Source of the DNA: Patescibacteria group bacterium
Lineage (GTDB): Bacteria > Patescibacteriota > Patescibacteriia > 2-01-FULL-39-33
DNA length: 32,000 nt
Direction of reading: 5' to 3'
Assembly: GCA_041649575.1 (NCBI GenBank)
Contig: JBAZMW010000003.1
Span: 1 to 32,000 of the forward strand
Under the pieces are notes generated by a model. That model was not told the origin of the DNA, ran no database searches, and saw only the letters and a program-made list of their open reading frames with translations. Below are positions 13,967-23,700 of the stretch, one piece after another. The translations under genes were made by a program, and so were the position numbers. The stretch's first letter is position 1. Each line of letters begins with the position of its first letter.

Positions 13967-15364
13967 ATGTCGACTGACAAAAGCATTTGGCAGTCGATTA
14001 TGGATCGACTGCTAGAGTTACTCGACGACGAGAGCGCCTTCAAGAACTGGTTTGGTCAGACAGAATTCGTTTCACTTCAGAACGGCGTTCTGACCATTCG
14101 AGTGCCCAGCCAATTCTTTAAGGACTGGCTAACGGACCACTACCTCGATGAGATCAAGAAGGCCGCCGAGGCAGCCGGCCAGCACTGCACAGAAGTGGTA
14201 TTTGAGATAGATGGCAAGCTGGCAAAACAACCGGAGCAGCAGCCAGCCAACGAACAGACCCAAGAATCAGCGGCTCGGCCAAACCCAAAAAAGCAGGCCA
14301 AGCGGGAACCGGCCACCTTTGAGGATTTTGTGGAGGGCGCCGGTAACCGACTAGCGCTGGCCGCGGCCAGAGAGGTGGCTTTTGCCCAGACCTGTCCCTA
14401 TCCGATGGTCGCTTTATGCGGCGATCCGGGAGTCGGTAAGACCCACCTGCTAGAAGCCATCGCTCACGCCATCCGGCTGGAAAATCAGGCTAATACTGGT
14501 AACTGCCGCCAATTCCTGTTTACCAGCGCCGAGGCCTTCACTAATGAGTTTATGATTTCCTTGAGGGAGAAGAAATCAGATGCTTTCCGTGCCAGGTGGC
14601 GCAGGGTCGACGTGCTACTGGTGGATGAGGTGCAGTTCCTGGCGGGCAAGGAGGCGACTCAAGAAGAGTTCTTCCACACCCTTAATGCCATCGAACGTCA
14701 CAAAGGTATCGTGGCTATCACCTGCGACCAATCGCCGGACAAGGTAAGCGGCCTAGAGGAACGAATCCGGTCGCGCCTGATGCAGGGACTGGTCATTGAT
14801 ATCAACCCACCCAGTAGAGAAACACTACTAGCTATCGCCCGTGAATTGGCGAGTAAGTCCGGTTTCCGCTTTGATCCTGAAGCGCTGGAGTTGGTAGCCG
14901 ACTGTGTTTCTCCGGATGTCCGACGAGTGCAGGGAGCAATGCACAAACTGGCTCTGTGCGCACGTCTGGATGGCGGAGTCGTGACGCTGGAACTGGCCCG
15001 ACAGGCACTACGAGGGCTAGTCAACCTGAAAGGTAGTAAGCTGGTGACCATCGACTTGGTCATTGAGGCCGTAGCCAGGTATTCCGGTTTGACAGTCGGC
15101 GACCTCCGAAGCAGAAGGAGGGATCAAAGAGTGGCAACGCCGCGCCAATGGGCTATGTATCTCTGCCACCAGCTGATACCTTCAGCCACCCTAGCGAACA
15201 TCGGCCAGAAGTTCGGGCGGGACCACACCACTGTCCTGTACGCTTGCAGGGGCGTGGAGCGACGTTACCTGTCCGGCCGCAGTCTGCCGGGCACCAACCC
15301 AATAGAGGAGCTGCCGGGCACCAACCCAATAGAGGAGCTGCGGCAGATCATTCTCTCTGACTGA
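13967..15364 (+). CDS. dnaA: Chromosomal replication initiator protein DnaA (full length, GC-rich)
   Basis: Domain I (IWQSIMDRL...FKNWF...LTIRVPSQFFKDWL). AAA+ GDPGVGKTHLL and LLVDEVQFLAGKEATQEEFFHTLN. SRLMQGLVIDINPP. Domain IV PRQWAMYLCHQL...FGRDHTTVLYA. GGAG lies 7 nt before the ATG at 13967. Alternative starts are 13961 and 13889. Confidence 0.9.
   Translation: MSTDKSIWQSIMDRLLELLDDESAFKNWFGQTEFVSLQNGVLTIRVPSQFFKDWLTDHYLDEIKKAAEAAGQHCTEVVFEIDGKLAKQPEQQPANEQTQESAARPNPKKQAKREPATFEDFVEGAGNRLALAAAREVAFAQTCPYPMVALCGDPGVGKTHLLEAIAHAIRLENQANTGNCRQFLFTSAEAFTNEFMISLREKKSDAFRARWRRVDVLLVDEVQFLAGKEATQEEFFHTLNAIERHKGIVAITCDQSPDKVSGLEERIRSRLMQGLVIDINPPSRETLLAIARELASKSGFRFDPEALELVADCVSPDVRRVQGAMHKLALCARLDGGVVTLELARQALRGLVNLKGSKLVTIDLVIEAVARYSGLTVGDLRSRRRDQRVATPRQWAMYLCHQLIPSATLANIGQKFGRDHTTVLYACRGVERRYLSGRSLPGTNPIEELPGTNPIEELRQIILSD
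15284..15337 (+). repeat. Perfect in-frame 27-bp tandem duplication in the dnaA 3' end
   Basis: CTGCCGGGCACCAACCCAATAGAGGAG occurs twice, encoding LPGTNPIEE twice. Confidence 0.95.
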
Positions 15365-15428
15365 CTGGTTCTCGATAACGGCCGACTACCAAATCGACCA
15401 TTGTCGGGTCTGGTCATGACCCTTACGT

Positions 15429-15467
15429 CAACCCGAGCGTCTCACGCCGCTTGGGTTGATTTTTTTT
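15429..15467 (+). terminator. Rho-independent terminator after dnaA
   Basis: CAACCCGAGCG ... CGCTTGGGTTG (one G-U pair) followed by ATTTTTTTT. Confidence 0.8.
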
Positions 15468-15508
15468 GGCAAAAAGTATAAGATTAAAAAGAATTAAATT
15501 AATCTTTT

Positions 15509-17038
15509 ATGCCCAAATACGTACCAGTGATCGGCATGGAAATCCATGTCGAATTAAAAACCAAGAGTAAAATGTTTTGTTCCTGTTTGAACGGCTACGA
15601 ACTGCAAGAAAGGCCCAATCAAAACATTTGCCCGGTCTGCCTTGGCCATCCCGGCACCTTGCCGGTGATTAACCGTCAAGCGCTAACTTGGACAATTTTA
15701 GTCGGCCTAGCCCTAAATTGCCAAATTGCCAAAGTGACCAAATTCGACCGCAAAAACTACTTTTATCCCGACTTGCCCAAGGGCTATCAAATTTCTCAAT
15801 ACGACCGGCCACTGACTTTTGGCGGCCACCTGAAAATCGGCGATAAAAATATTTCCATAACCCGTATTCATTTAGAAGAAGATACCGGCAAGCTGATTCA
15901 TGTGGCTGGTGGCGCACTGGTAGATTTGAGCCGGGCCGGCACGCCACTGATGGAACTGGTGACCGATCCGGTGATTGAATCGGCCAAAGAAGCGCGTGAA
16001 TTCTGCCAAGCCTATCAGCAAATTCTGCGCTACCTGGAAGTTTCCGAGGCGGATATGGAAAAAGGCCAAATGCGCTGCGAAGCAAATGTTTCCCTGCAAG
16101 AAGCCAGCAAATTTGTAATTGAAAATAGCGAAGTCAAACCGCTTCTGGATTACAAATTAAATCCAAAAGTTGAATTAAAAAACATCAACTCTTTTAAGGC
16201 CGTCGAAAAAGCTATTGAGTATGAAATTGAACGCCAAACCAAAGCCCTGGAAACCGGCGAGAAGATTGTTCAAGAGACCCGCGGCTGGGACGAAGACAAA
16301 TTAATTACCTTCTCCCAAAGAAGCAAAGAAACGGCAGCCGATTATCGCTATTTTCCGGAACCGGACTTGCCGCCACTGGAAATAGCCGAGGAGCTAATTA
16401 GTAGCCTGAGGGCAACATTACCGGAATTGCCGCCGGCCAAACTGGAAAGATTTATACAGCAATACCAATTTGGGCTGGAAGACGCTAAAATCATCATCGG
16501 TGAAAAAAATTTGGCTGCTTACGCCGAAAAGGTTATTTCAGAATTAATCGGCTGGCTGGTGTCCCTGCCGGAAACCGAAGGCACGGAAGAGGAAATCTGG
16601 CGCCAAGAAGGTAAAAAATTAGTAAAAATTATCAGTAACTGGCTGATCAACCGACTTTTCAAACACTTAAATGAGCAAAAAATCAATATTAAAAATTGCC
16701 CCATAACCGCGGAAAATTTTGCTGAATTCATCACCTTAGTTTACCACGGCAAAATAAATAACTTGACCGCCCAGCAGATCCTGGAAGAAATGTTTAATAG
16801 CGGCGAATCCCCTGCTAGTATTTTGGAAAACAAAAATTTAGGGCAAATCAACAACCAAGGTGAGATCGCCGCGGTTATCGAGAAGATTATCGATCAACAC
16901 CAAACCGTGATTAGTGATTATAAAAAAGGCAAAGCCAACGCCCTGCAATTTTTGATCGGCCAGGCTATGAAAGAGACAAAGGGCAAAGCCAACCCGCAAA
17001 TGGTTAAGGAAATTTTGGAGAAAAAAATCAACCAATAA
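15509..17038 (+). CDS. gatB: Asp/Glu-tRNA amidotransferase subunit B
   Basis: GMEIHVELKTKSKMFCSC, NICPVCLGHPGTLP, YFYPDLPKGYQISQ, and a C-terminal YqeY-like tail. Confidence 0.95.
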   Translation: MPKYVPVIGMEIHVELKTKSKMFCSCLNGYELQERPNQNICPVCLGHPGTLPVINRQALTWTILVGLALNCQIAKVTKFDRKNYFYPDLPKGYQISQYDRPLTFGGHLKIGDKNISITRIHLEEDTGKLIHVAGGALVDLSRAGTPLMELVTDPVIESAKEAREFCQAYQQILRYLEVSEADMEKGQMRCEANVSLQEASKFVIENSEVKPLLDYKLNPKVELKNINSFKAVEKAIEYEIERQTKALETGEKIVQETRGWDEDKLITFSQRSKETAADYRYFPEPDLPPLEIAEELISSLRATLPELPPAKLERFIQQYQFGLEDAKIIIGEKNLAAYAEKVISELIGWLVSLPETEGTEEEIWRQEGKKLVKIISNWLINRLFKHLNEQKINIKNCPITAENFAEFITLVYHGKINNLTAQQILEEMFNSGESPASILENKNLGQINNQGEIAAVIEKIIDQHQTVISDYKKGKANALQFLIGQAMKETKGKANPQMVKEILEKKINQ

Positions 17039-17042
17039 TAAT

Positions 17043-17498
17043 ATGCCTTTTCTGGCACAGACCTCGATTCAAAAATTTGCTCCTAAAAAGGTCAAATTCA
17101 CTGAAGTTTACAAAAGCGTCACCAAAAGAAGCGACCTTTCGTCTCCCATGAGAAAAAAAATCTATGAGGTCTTGTCAAAAGCCGGATTCGACCAAAACCG
17201 AGCCAGTAGTATCGTTCATGACGATCAGCCGCTAACTGCTGTCGAGCTCAAAAACATTGCCAGCCTCTTAAACAGAGAAAAAATAAGCGGTTTTGAGGGC
17301 GATGTAAAAAAAGCGGTTCACGGCTATTTTCGCAAAGAAGCCGTCAAACAAAGAAATATCGCTTACGTTAGAAAAAAAAACATGCTCGAGTCTTTACAGG
17401 AAAACCTGGACGATTCCCCTAGCGGCCGACGTCTTAACGCCGGAACCAAAACCCCTAGCTCCAACTCCACCGGATCCAGACCCAAATTGCCTTTTTAG
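17043..17498 (+). CDS. Hypothetical protein (151 aa)
   Basis: ORF immediately after gatB. No motif recognised. Confidence 0.5.
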   Translation: MPFLAQTSIQKFAPKKVKFTEVYKSVTKRSDLSSPMRKKIYEVLSKAGFDQNRASSIVHDDQPLTAVELKNIASLLNREKISGFEGDVKKAVHGYFRKEAVKQRNIAYVRKKNMLESLQENLDDSPSGRRLNAGTKTPSSNSTGSRPKLPF

Positions 17499-17515
17499 AC
17501 AAAAACATCTTTTAT

Positions 17516-18433
17516 CTAGCGCTGACTTAAAAAATTACCTACCAATTTTTCAGCTTTTGAAAAATCGTTTAACCAAATAATTCGGGAATCGCGCCTAAAC
17601 CAAGTGAGCTGACGCTTGGCAAAATGACGAATCTCTCTGTTTAGTTGTTCTAACAATTCTTTGTAAGAAATTAAGCCGCGAAGATAACGAGAAATATAGC
17701 GGTATTCCAGGCCCCAACTCTCCATCTTTTTCCAGCTGATCCCGCGTTTTTTCAGAGCTCTGACTTCTCGGATCATACCCTGCCGTAAACGTTCTTTCAG
17801 ACGTCGGCTGACGCGATCATAAATCTCAGGCAAAGGAAAGGCTGTGCCTAAAATTAAAATATCGTATGGCGGCCGGAGTGGTTTCGGTTGCAGTGATTTA
17901 GGCCGGCCGGTTTCGTAGTAAATCTCCAAGGATCGTTGAACCCGACGACGATTTTTTTGATCAATAACCGAAAAAGTCTTGGGGTCGACTTTTTTAAGCT
18001 GCGTCAAAAGCCGATTTAGAGATAATTTATCCAATTTTTTTCTTATCTGTTTTTGTTTTTGGGGGTCGCTAGTGGGTAATTGGTAGCCCTTAATGACCGC
18101 GTCCAAATACAAACCAGTGCCGCCCACCAGAAAAGGCACTTTCTCCCGCTGCCAAATATTATTAAGAGCCTGATAAGCTAATTTTTGGTAGCGAGCCACG
18201 TTAAAATCGCCATGGGGTCCCACCACATCAATCAGATGATAGGGAATTTTTGTCCGACCGAGATGATAATCTTTTAAATCCTTGCCCGTGCCGATATTGA
18301 GGCCGCGATAAACTTGGCGGCTGTCGGCCGAAACAATTTCCCCTTTAAACCTTTTGGCCAAACTTACAGCCAGCTTGGTTTTGCCGGTGGCTGTCGGCCC
18401 AAGAATAACTATTAATTTTTTTTTGTCTGACAT
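17516..18433 (-). CDS. miaA: tRNA dimethylallyltransferase
   Basis: ILGPTATGKT P-loop and SADSRQVYRGLNIGTGK. Start placed at MSDKKK (18433) rather than the ORF-track ATG at 18487. Confidence 0.9.
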   Translation of the reverse strand: MSDKKKLIVILGPTATGKTKLAVSLAKRFKGEIVSADSRQVYRGLNIGTGKDLKDYHLGRTKIPYHLIDVVGPHGDFNVARYQKLAYQALNNIWQREKVPFLVGGTGLYLDAVIKGYQLPTSDPQKQKQIRKKLDKLSLNRLLTQLKKVDPKTFSVIDQKNRRRVQRSLEIYYETGRPKSLQPKPLRPPYDILILGTAFPLPEIYDRVSRRLKERLRQGMIREVRALKKRGISWKKMESWGLEYRYISRYLRGLISYKELLEQLNREIRHFAKRQLTWFRRDSRIIWLNDFSKAEKLVGNFLSQR

Positions 18434-18535
18434 AACTTTGATATCTTTTAGCAACGCTAGCTTAGCATAAAACAAATAAAAAAACAAAGAGAAATCAGTT
18501 GATTGTCTCTTTGCCGATAGCGGTTTATTTTTGTT

Positions 18536-18676
18536 TTAACTCGAATATAAAAATAAAGTCAAAATACCACCAATCGCGATCGCGGCGGCCCAAACCATTA
18601 AGGCCAGACCGACGGCCTTCTTCAGCTGCAAACCAACCTTGAGTTGAGTAGTTGTTGCCAGTTTTTTGGCGCCCAT
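18536..18676 (-). CDS. Possible 46-aa single-TM micro-protein (below ORF-track cutoff)
   Basis: Hand translation: MGAKKLATTTQLKVGLQLKKAVGLALMVWAAAIAIGGILTLFLYSS. Its ATG lies 4 nt after the upstream gene's stop. Confidence 0.4.
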   Translation of the reverse strand: MGAKKLATTTQLKVGLQLKKAVGLALMVWAAAIAIGGILTLFLYSS

Positions 18677-18680
18677 TTTA

Positions 18681-19805
18681 TTATTTGACAATTATCTTTA
18701 TTTTTTTCTCTTGTCGAGGCAATTTTTTGCTCCAAAATGGAGAGTTATAAACCTCTACCTCTTTAACCAAATCGGATTGCCTCAAGTACTCTTCAGCTTC
18801 GGCTAAGCTTTTGCCAACAAAATTACTTTTGGCCAGAATCTGATTGCTACTGTCCAAAATTACACCCAAGGTGTATTCTACCTTTACTAAAACGCTGCCG
18901 TCTGGATTATCGTCCAAAATCGTGTACTTTAAATCAGAAAAATCCAGATTATCAGGAGTCAAGCCGGATAAATCCATTGCTCCGATTTTACGGCCAATCA
19001 GATTGGCCAGTTGTTGATAATCCAAATCTAAAGCCTTAGCTTTAACCTTTAAACTCAGGTTGAAATCACTGGTTTCGACGCCAATTTTTTTGTCGACTTC
19101 AGTGCCGGTAATCTGAATTTCAACCTGGTCGGTATCACGAAGATTTAAATTTTTTCTCAACTCATCGGCTATTTTTTTGCTCAGCTCATCCTGGGCTCTC
19201 TTAAAATCGGCTTCTTTAAAAACCTTTACTACTCTAGCGCCGCCGATCAATCTGGTTTCGGCCAAACCGTAGATTTTATCTTGAGAGTTCTTGTTTAGTT
19301 TGATAATGGTTAACCGGCCCGGTTCGACGGCGACAAAATTTTTGGGATCGGCTGGATAAACATCGACGACAACGCTTTTGCCAGCTGGCACCACTACGGC
19401 CTGGTTTGTTCTGACAATGGTGCCCTGGGAATCCTGCAGTTGGGTGGTTTTAAGTAGCGGCTGATTGCGGCTGGATTCGTTAAGTATTTTTACCCTGCCA
19501 ACCAATAAAGAATCTACGGTGCTGGTGCTCAAAACAGAAAAATTGCCTTTTTCTTCGCCCTTAACAACCGCCAACTGGCCGCTGATTACATCTTTTTCCT
19601 CTAACTCTTCGGCGGTGGGACTGGTCTTGGCTTCGAGATTAAAACTTAAACTGATTTCTTTCTTTTCAGAAGTAACAATAATTGTGGCTTTGTTATAAAA
19701 ACTGAAAAAAACAGCAATGACCAATAAAATTGTGAAGATAACAAAAACCCAAGCTATTTTTCGATACAGACTGATGTGAGGCAATGGTATTTTGTAGGCC
19801 GACAT
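18681..19805 (-). CDS. Membrane-anchored hypothetical protein (374 aa)
   Basis: N-terminal TM (IAWVFVIFTILLVIAVFFSF) and a long soluble domain. Confidence 0.7.
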   Translation of the reverse strand: MSAYKIPLPHISLYRKIAWVFVIFTILLVIAVFFSFYNKATIIVTSEKKEISLSFNLEAKTSPTAEELEEKDVISGQLAVVKGEEKGNFSVLSTSTVDSLLVGRVKILNESSRNQPLLKTTQLQDSQGTIVRTNQAVVVPAGKSVVVDVYPADPKNFVAVEPGRLTIIKLNKNSQDKIYGLAETRLIGGARVVKVFKEADFKRAQDELSKKIADELRKNLNLRDTDQVEIQITGTEVDKKIGVETSDFNLSLKVKAKALDLDYQQLANLIGRKIGAMDLSGLTPDNLDFSDLKYTILDDNPDGSVLVKVEYTLGVILDSSNQILAKSNFVGKSLAEAEEYLRQSDLVKEVEVYNSPFWSKKLPRQEKKIKIIVK

Positions 19806-19824
19806 AGTAAAATTTAAATTGAAA

Positions 19825-20754
19825 CTATTTTTGACTGTGCCATTCTGCCACTACTTCCCTGACATCCTTGGCTTTGACTTCTGACTTTTGACTCTTTCTC
19901 GCGCCCAAAGAAACCCTTAGTCTTACCTTGCTGCAAGCCTCATCGATGGCATCAATGGCTTTATCGGGATAAGCGCGATTGGTAATAGGTTTAGTTGCCT
20001 GAATCGCTTCGGTGACGGCCTGGGGCAGAATCAAAACATTATGATATTTTTCATAAACCCCTTTAATGCCATTGACTATCTCCTCCGTCTGCCGAGCTGT
20101 CGGCTCGGAAACAAAAATCGGCTGCAAACGGCGATCTAGCGTCTTGTCTTTCTTGATAAACTGTTCATACTCCTCCCTGGTGGTAGCGCCAACTACCTGC
20201 AGCTCGCCACGAGCCAAAAGCGGCTTAAGGATGTCGGCGGCATTAATCGCCCCTTCAGCTTCACCGGCTTCGGCTAAAATGTGAATCTCATCGATAAACA
20301 AGATAATCGAACGCTGGGCCCTAACGATTTCTTCAATAATTCTTTTTAAACGCTGTTCAAATTCTCCGCGATATTTGGTTCCTGCCAGAATACTAGTCAG
20401 GTCCAAGGCAAGAACCCGTTTACCCAACAAGGCCGCCGGCACTCTTTTTTGGAATATCGACCAAGCCAAGCCCTCGACAATGGCAGTTTTGCCAATACCC
20501 GCCTTGCCAATTAAAACCGGGTTGTTCTTGGTGCGCCGAGAAAGTATCTGAATCACTCTGGTGATTTCTGCTTGGCGGCCAACAACCGGATCCAGCTTTT
20601 TTTCTGAAGCCAATTTGGTCAAATCACGGGAATATCTTTCTAAAGTAGCGGTCATCGAACCAAAGGCTTGACTGCCGCCATTAATCTGACGATAGAAAAA
20701 CCAGCCGACAATCAGCACCAGCAGTAAAACCACTAGAATGAGTAGCTCGGGCAT
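19825..20754 (-). CDS. Membrane-tethered Clp/Hsp100-family AAA+ ATPase consisting of the D1 module only
   Basis: N-terminal [46 protein letters not shown] (Walker A). ILFIDEIH (Walker B). [16 protein letters not shown]. There is no N-domain, M-domain or D2. Confidence 0.8.
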   Translation of the reverse strand: MPELLILVVLLLVLIVGWFFYRQINGGSQAFGSMTATLERYSRDLTKLASEKKLDPVVGRQAEITRVIQILSRRTKNNPVLIGKAGIGKTAIVEGLAWSIFQKRVPAALLGKRVLALDLTSILAGTKYRGEFEQRLKRIIEEIVRAQRSIILFIDEIHILAEAGEAEGAINAADILKPLLARGELQVVGATTREEYEQFIKKDKTLDRRLQPIFVSEPTARQTEEIVNGIKGVYEKYHNVLILPQAVTEAIQATKPITNRAYPDKAIDAIDEACSKVRLRVSLGARKSQKSEVKAKDVREVVAEWHSQK

Positions 20755-20799
20755 AAAGAAACAGTTTAATTACAACCACTTATATTATAACAAATTTTT

Positions 20800-23700
20800 T
20801 CAGTCAACAACAACCCGGCCACTACCAACTAGCTCTTCCAGCTCTTTGAAAAAATGATCATTATAACCAACGCGGAAGCTGGTTTTTATTTTTTGTTTAC
20901 TGCCGTCTAACCGATTGACAACCAATTCCAGGCCATGGAGACCGGAATTTTGATAGAGCAGCCCTATGACTTTTTGAGACAACCGATAATCCAGTGGTTC
21001 ATCTAGGTGCAGAGCCACGTTTTTGTGGGGATTAATTTTCTGAAAAAATTTTTTTACCTTCTCGCCCTCCCCAGATAAATTGCCCCTAGCTATGTCATCT
21101 ATGGTCTCCTTGATATTTTCTTTGTTTAAGACTGCCGCCCGATTGCAAAGCACTTTTACCTCATCATCCTTGTCAGAAATTTTGCCGGCGCAAATAATGA
21201 TATTATCCGGTTGCCAGATGTGAACATTTTGCTCCAACACCTTGGGAAAAACCAAAATTTCCACTTCTCCGCCATGGTCTTCGATTTTGGCGAATAACAT
21301 TAAATCGCCTTTTTTGGTTTGAATCCTTTTTACGCCGGTAATGACTCCCGAGACCCGTATCTCGGTGCCAGCAAGACAATTTTTCAAAGCCGCGCAATCG
21401 ACCACTAATCCCTGGAGTTCTTCTCTAAATTCACTCATGGGATGTTCGGAAACATAGAGGCCTAGATATTCTTTTTCCCAGGTCAATTTCTGGCGCTTGT
21501 CTAATTGCTCGGACAAATCCAGTCTTAAAGAAAATAAATTGACTTGAGGCATGACATTGAAGAGACTATCCTGGCCGTTATGTCCGTTGTTATTAACCTC
21601 CTGAACGAAAGTTAATATTTTTTCTAAATTAGACAACAGCTGGTTGCGTTCACCCAAGCTGTCGAGGCAGCCTGATTTAATCATTGATTCCAATGATTTT
21701 TTGTTCAGGTCTTTGGTTCTAACCCGGGTCAAAAAATCTTCCAAATTTTTAAAATTACCATTTGACTTGCGCTCTTTGACAATGGTTTTTACTATATTCT
21801 CCCCCAGGCCTTTAACGGCCAACAAGCCAAAACGAATACGCGGTCTAGCCTCCTCCAAACTTTGGGCCACCACGGTAAAGGTAGAAAAACTTTCATTAAT
21901 GTCTGGAGGCAAAACCTCAATGCCCATCTGCCGACATTCTTCCACTTCGATGGCAATGCGGTCGGAATTGGCCTGGTCCGAAGTCAGAAGCGCAGCCATA
22001 AATTCCGCCGGATAATTGGCTTTGAGATAAGCGGTCTGATAGGCGATCATGGCATAACAAGCTGCATGCGAACGATTGAAACCATAGGAAGCAAAAGGTA
22101 AAATAAATTCCCAAATCTTTATGGCAATCTTTTCCTCGATGCCGTTATTAACCATGCCTTTGATCATCTTGACTTCCTGTTCATGGAGCAGTTCCTTGAT
22201 TTTTTTACCGACAGCCTTTCTCAAAATATCAGCTTCGCCATAGCTAAAGCCGGCCAAATCGCGGGCGATTTGCAGTAGCTGCTCCTGATAAACCGCCACT
22301 CCATGGGTTTTTTCCAAAATCGGCTTGAGTTTAGGATGAAGATATTGCGGTTTTTTGCGGCCATGCTTGCCGGCAATATAATCGGGAATATATTCCATCG
22401 GTCCGGGACGATACAGGGCCACCATAACAATAATATCCTCTAAATCAGTGGGCAACAGCTGCCTTAAATAACGTTTCATGCCAGATGATTCTAATTGAAA
22501 AACACCGGTGGTCTTCCCCTGCTGAAACAGTCTGAAGGTCTTTTGATCATCCAGAGGAATTTTTTCGATGTCAATTTTTTGGCCGTGGATTTTTTCGATA
22601 ATTTCCAGCGCCTGCTCGATGATGGTCAGATTGCTTAGGCCAAGAAAATCCATTTTCAACAAACCCAGCGCCTCTACCGCGTGCATCTCATATTGAATAA
22701 CAATGGACTGGTCACCCTGGCTGCCGTATTGACGCGGGGAGTAGTTATCCAGAGATTCCGGAGTAATCACCACGCCACAAGCGTGGGTGGAAGCGTGGCG
22801 CACCACTCCTTCCAAACGTTTGGCGGTAGTGATTAATTTTTGCCCCTGCTCTTCGGCTAGAATCTCTTTGAATTCAGGAATGACTTCGGTAGCCTGGTCT
22901 AATTTAGTGAACATCGGGACAAGCTTGGCGACCCGATCGCAATAATTATAAGGCAGGCCCATCACGCGCCCAACATCGCGAATAGCGGCTCGCGCCGCCA
23001 TGGTGCCAAAAGTGATTATTTGGGCCACTTTATCCTTGCCGTATTTACCGGAAACATAATGCAAAACATCATCACGGCGGGCATCGGCAAAATCGGTATC
23101 AATATCGGGCATGGAAATGCGTTCGGGATTTAGAAATCTTTCAAAAACCAGGTTGTACTTAAGGGGGTCGATGTTGGTGATATTGGTCAAGTAAGCGACC
23201 AGACTGCCGGCGGCCGAACCGCGACCCGGCCCGACAACGATACCATTACTTTTGGCCCAGTTAATAAAATCCTGAACGATCAAAAAATAGCCGGCGTAAC
23301 CAGTTTTGGCGATCACTCCCAGCTCATAATTCAAGCGCTCTCTGATTTCGAGAGAAATATTGTCACCAAAATGCTTGGCCAAGCCTCTTTCGCACAGGTC
23401 TTTTAAATATTCGTCTGTGGTTTCGCCTTGGGGCAAGGGAAAATGCGGCAAAATCGTACTGCCCAATTTTAATTCAAAGCTACAAAGCCGGGCTACCTTC
23501 AGCGTATTTTCGATTACCTCCGGATGATCGGCAAAAGCGGCTTTCATTTCTTGGGGAGACTTAAAAGACAAATCAATCCCCACGTAAGACATCCGATCCT
23601 TGTCGGACAAAACTTTTTTGGTTTGAATGCAGAGCAAGACATCCTGGGCATAATCGTCTTCGCGATTAGGATAATGGACATCACCGGTGGCGATTATCGG

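Larger units (their letters stand above)
12028..15475 (+). mobile_element. GC-rich islet (candidate horizontally acquired insertion) carrying tmk-like, thyA-like and dnaA
   Basis: Abrupt composition shift: hand count 35/60 G+C at 12301-12360 against 17/60 at 11701-11760. Bounded by GATTTTTTATTTTGGCAAAAA (12007-12027) and GATTTTTTTTGGCAAAAA (15458-15475). Confidence 0.45.
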
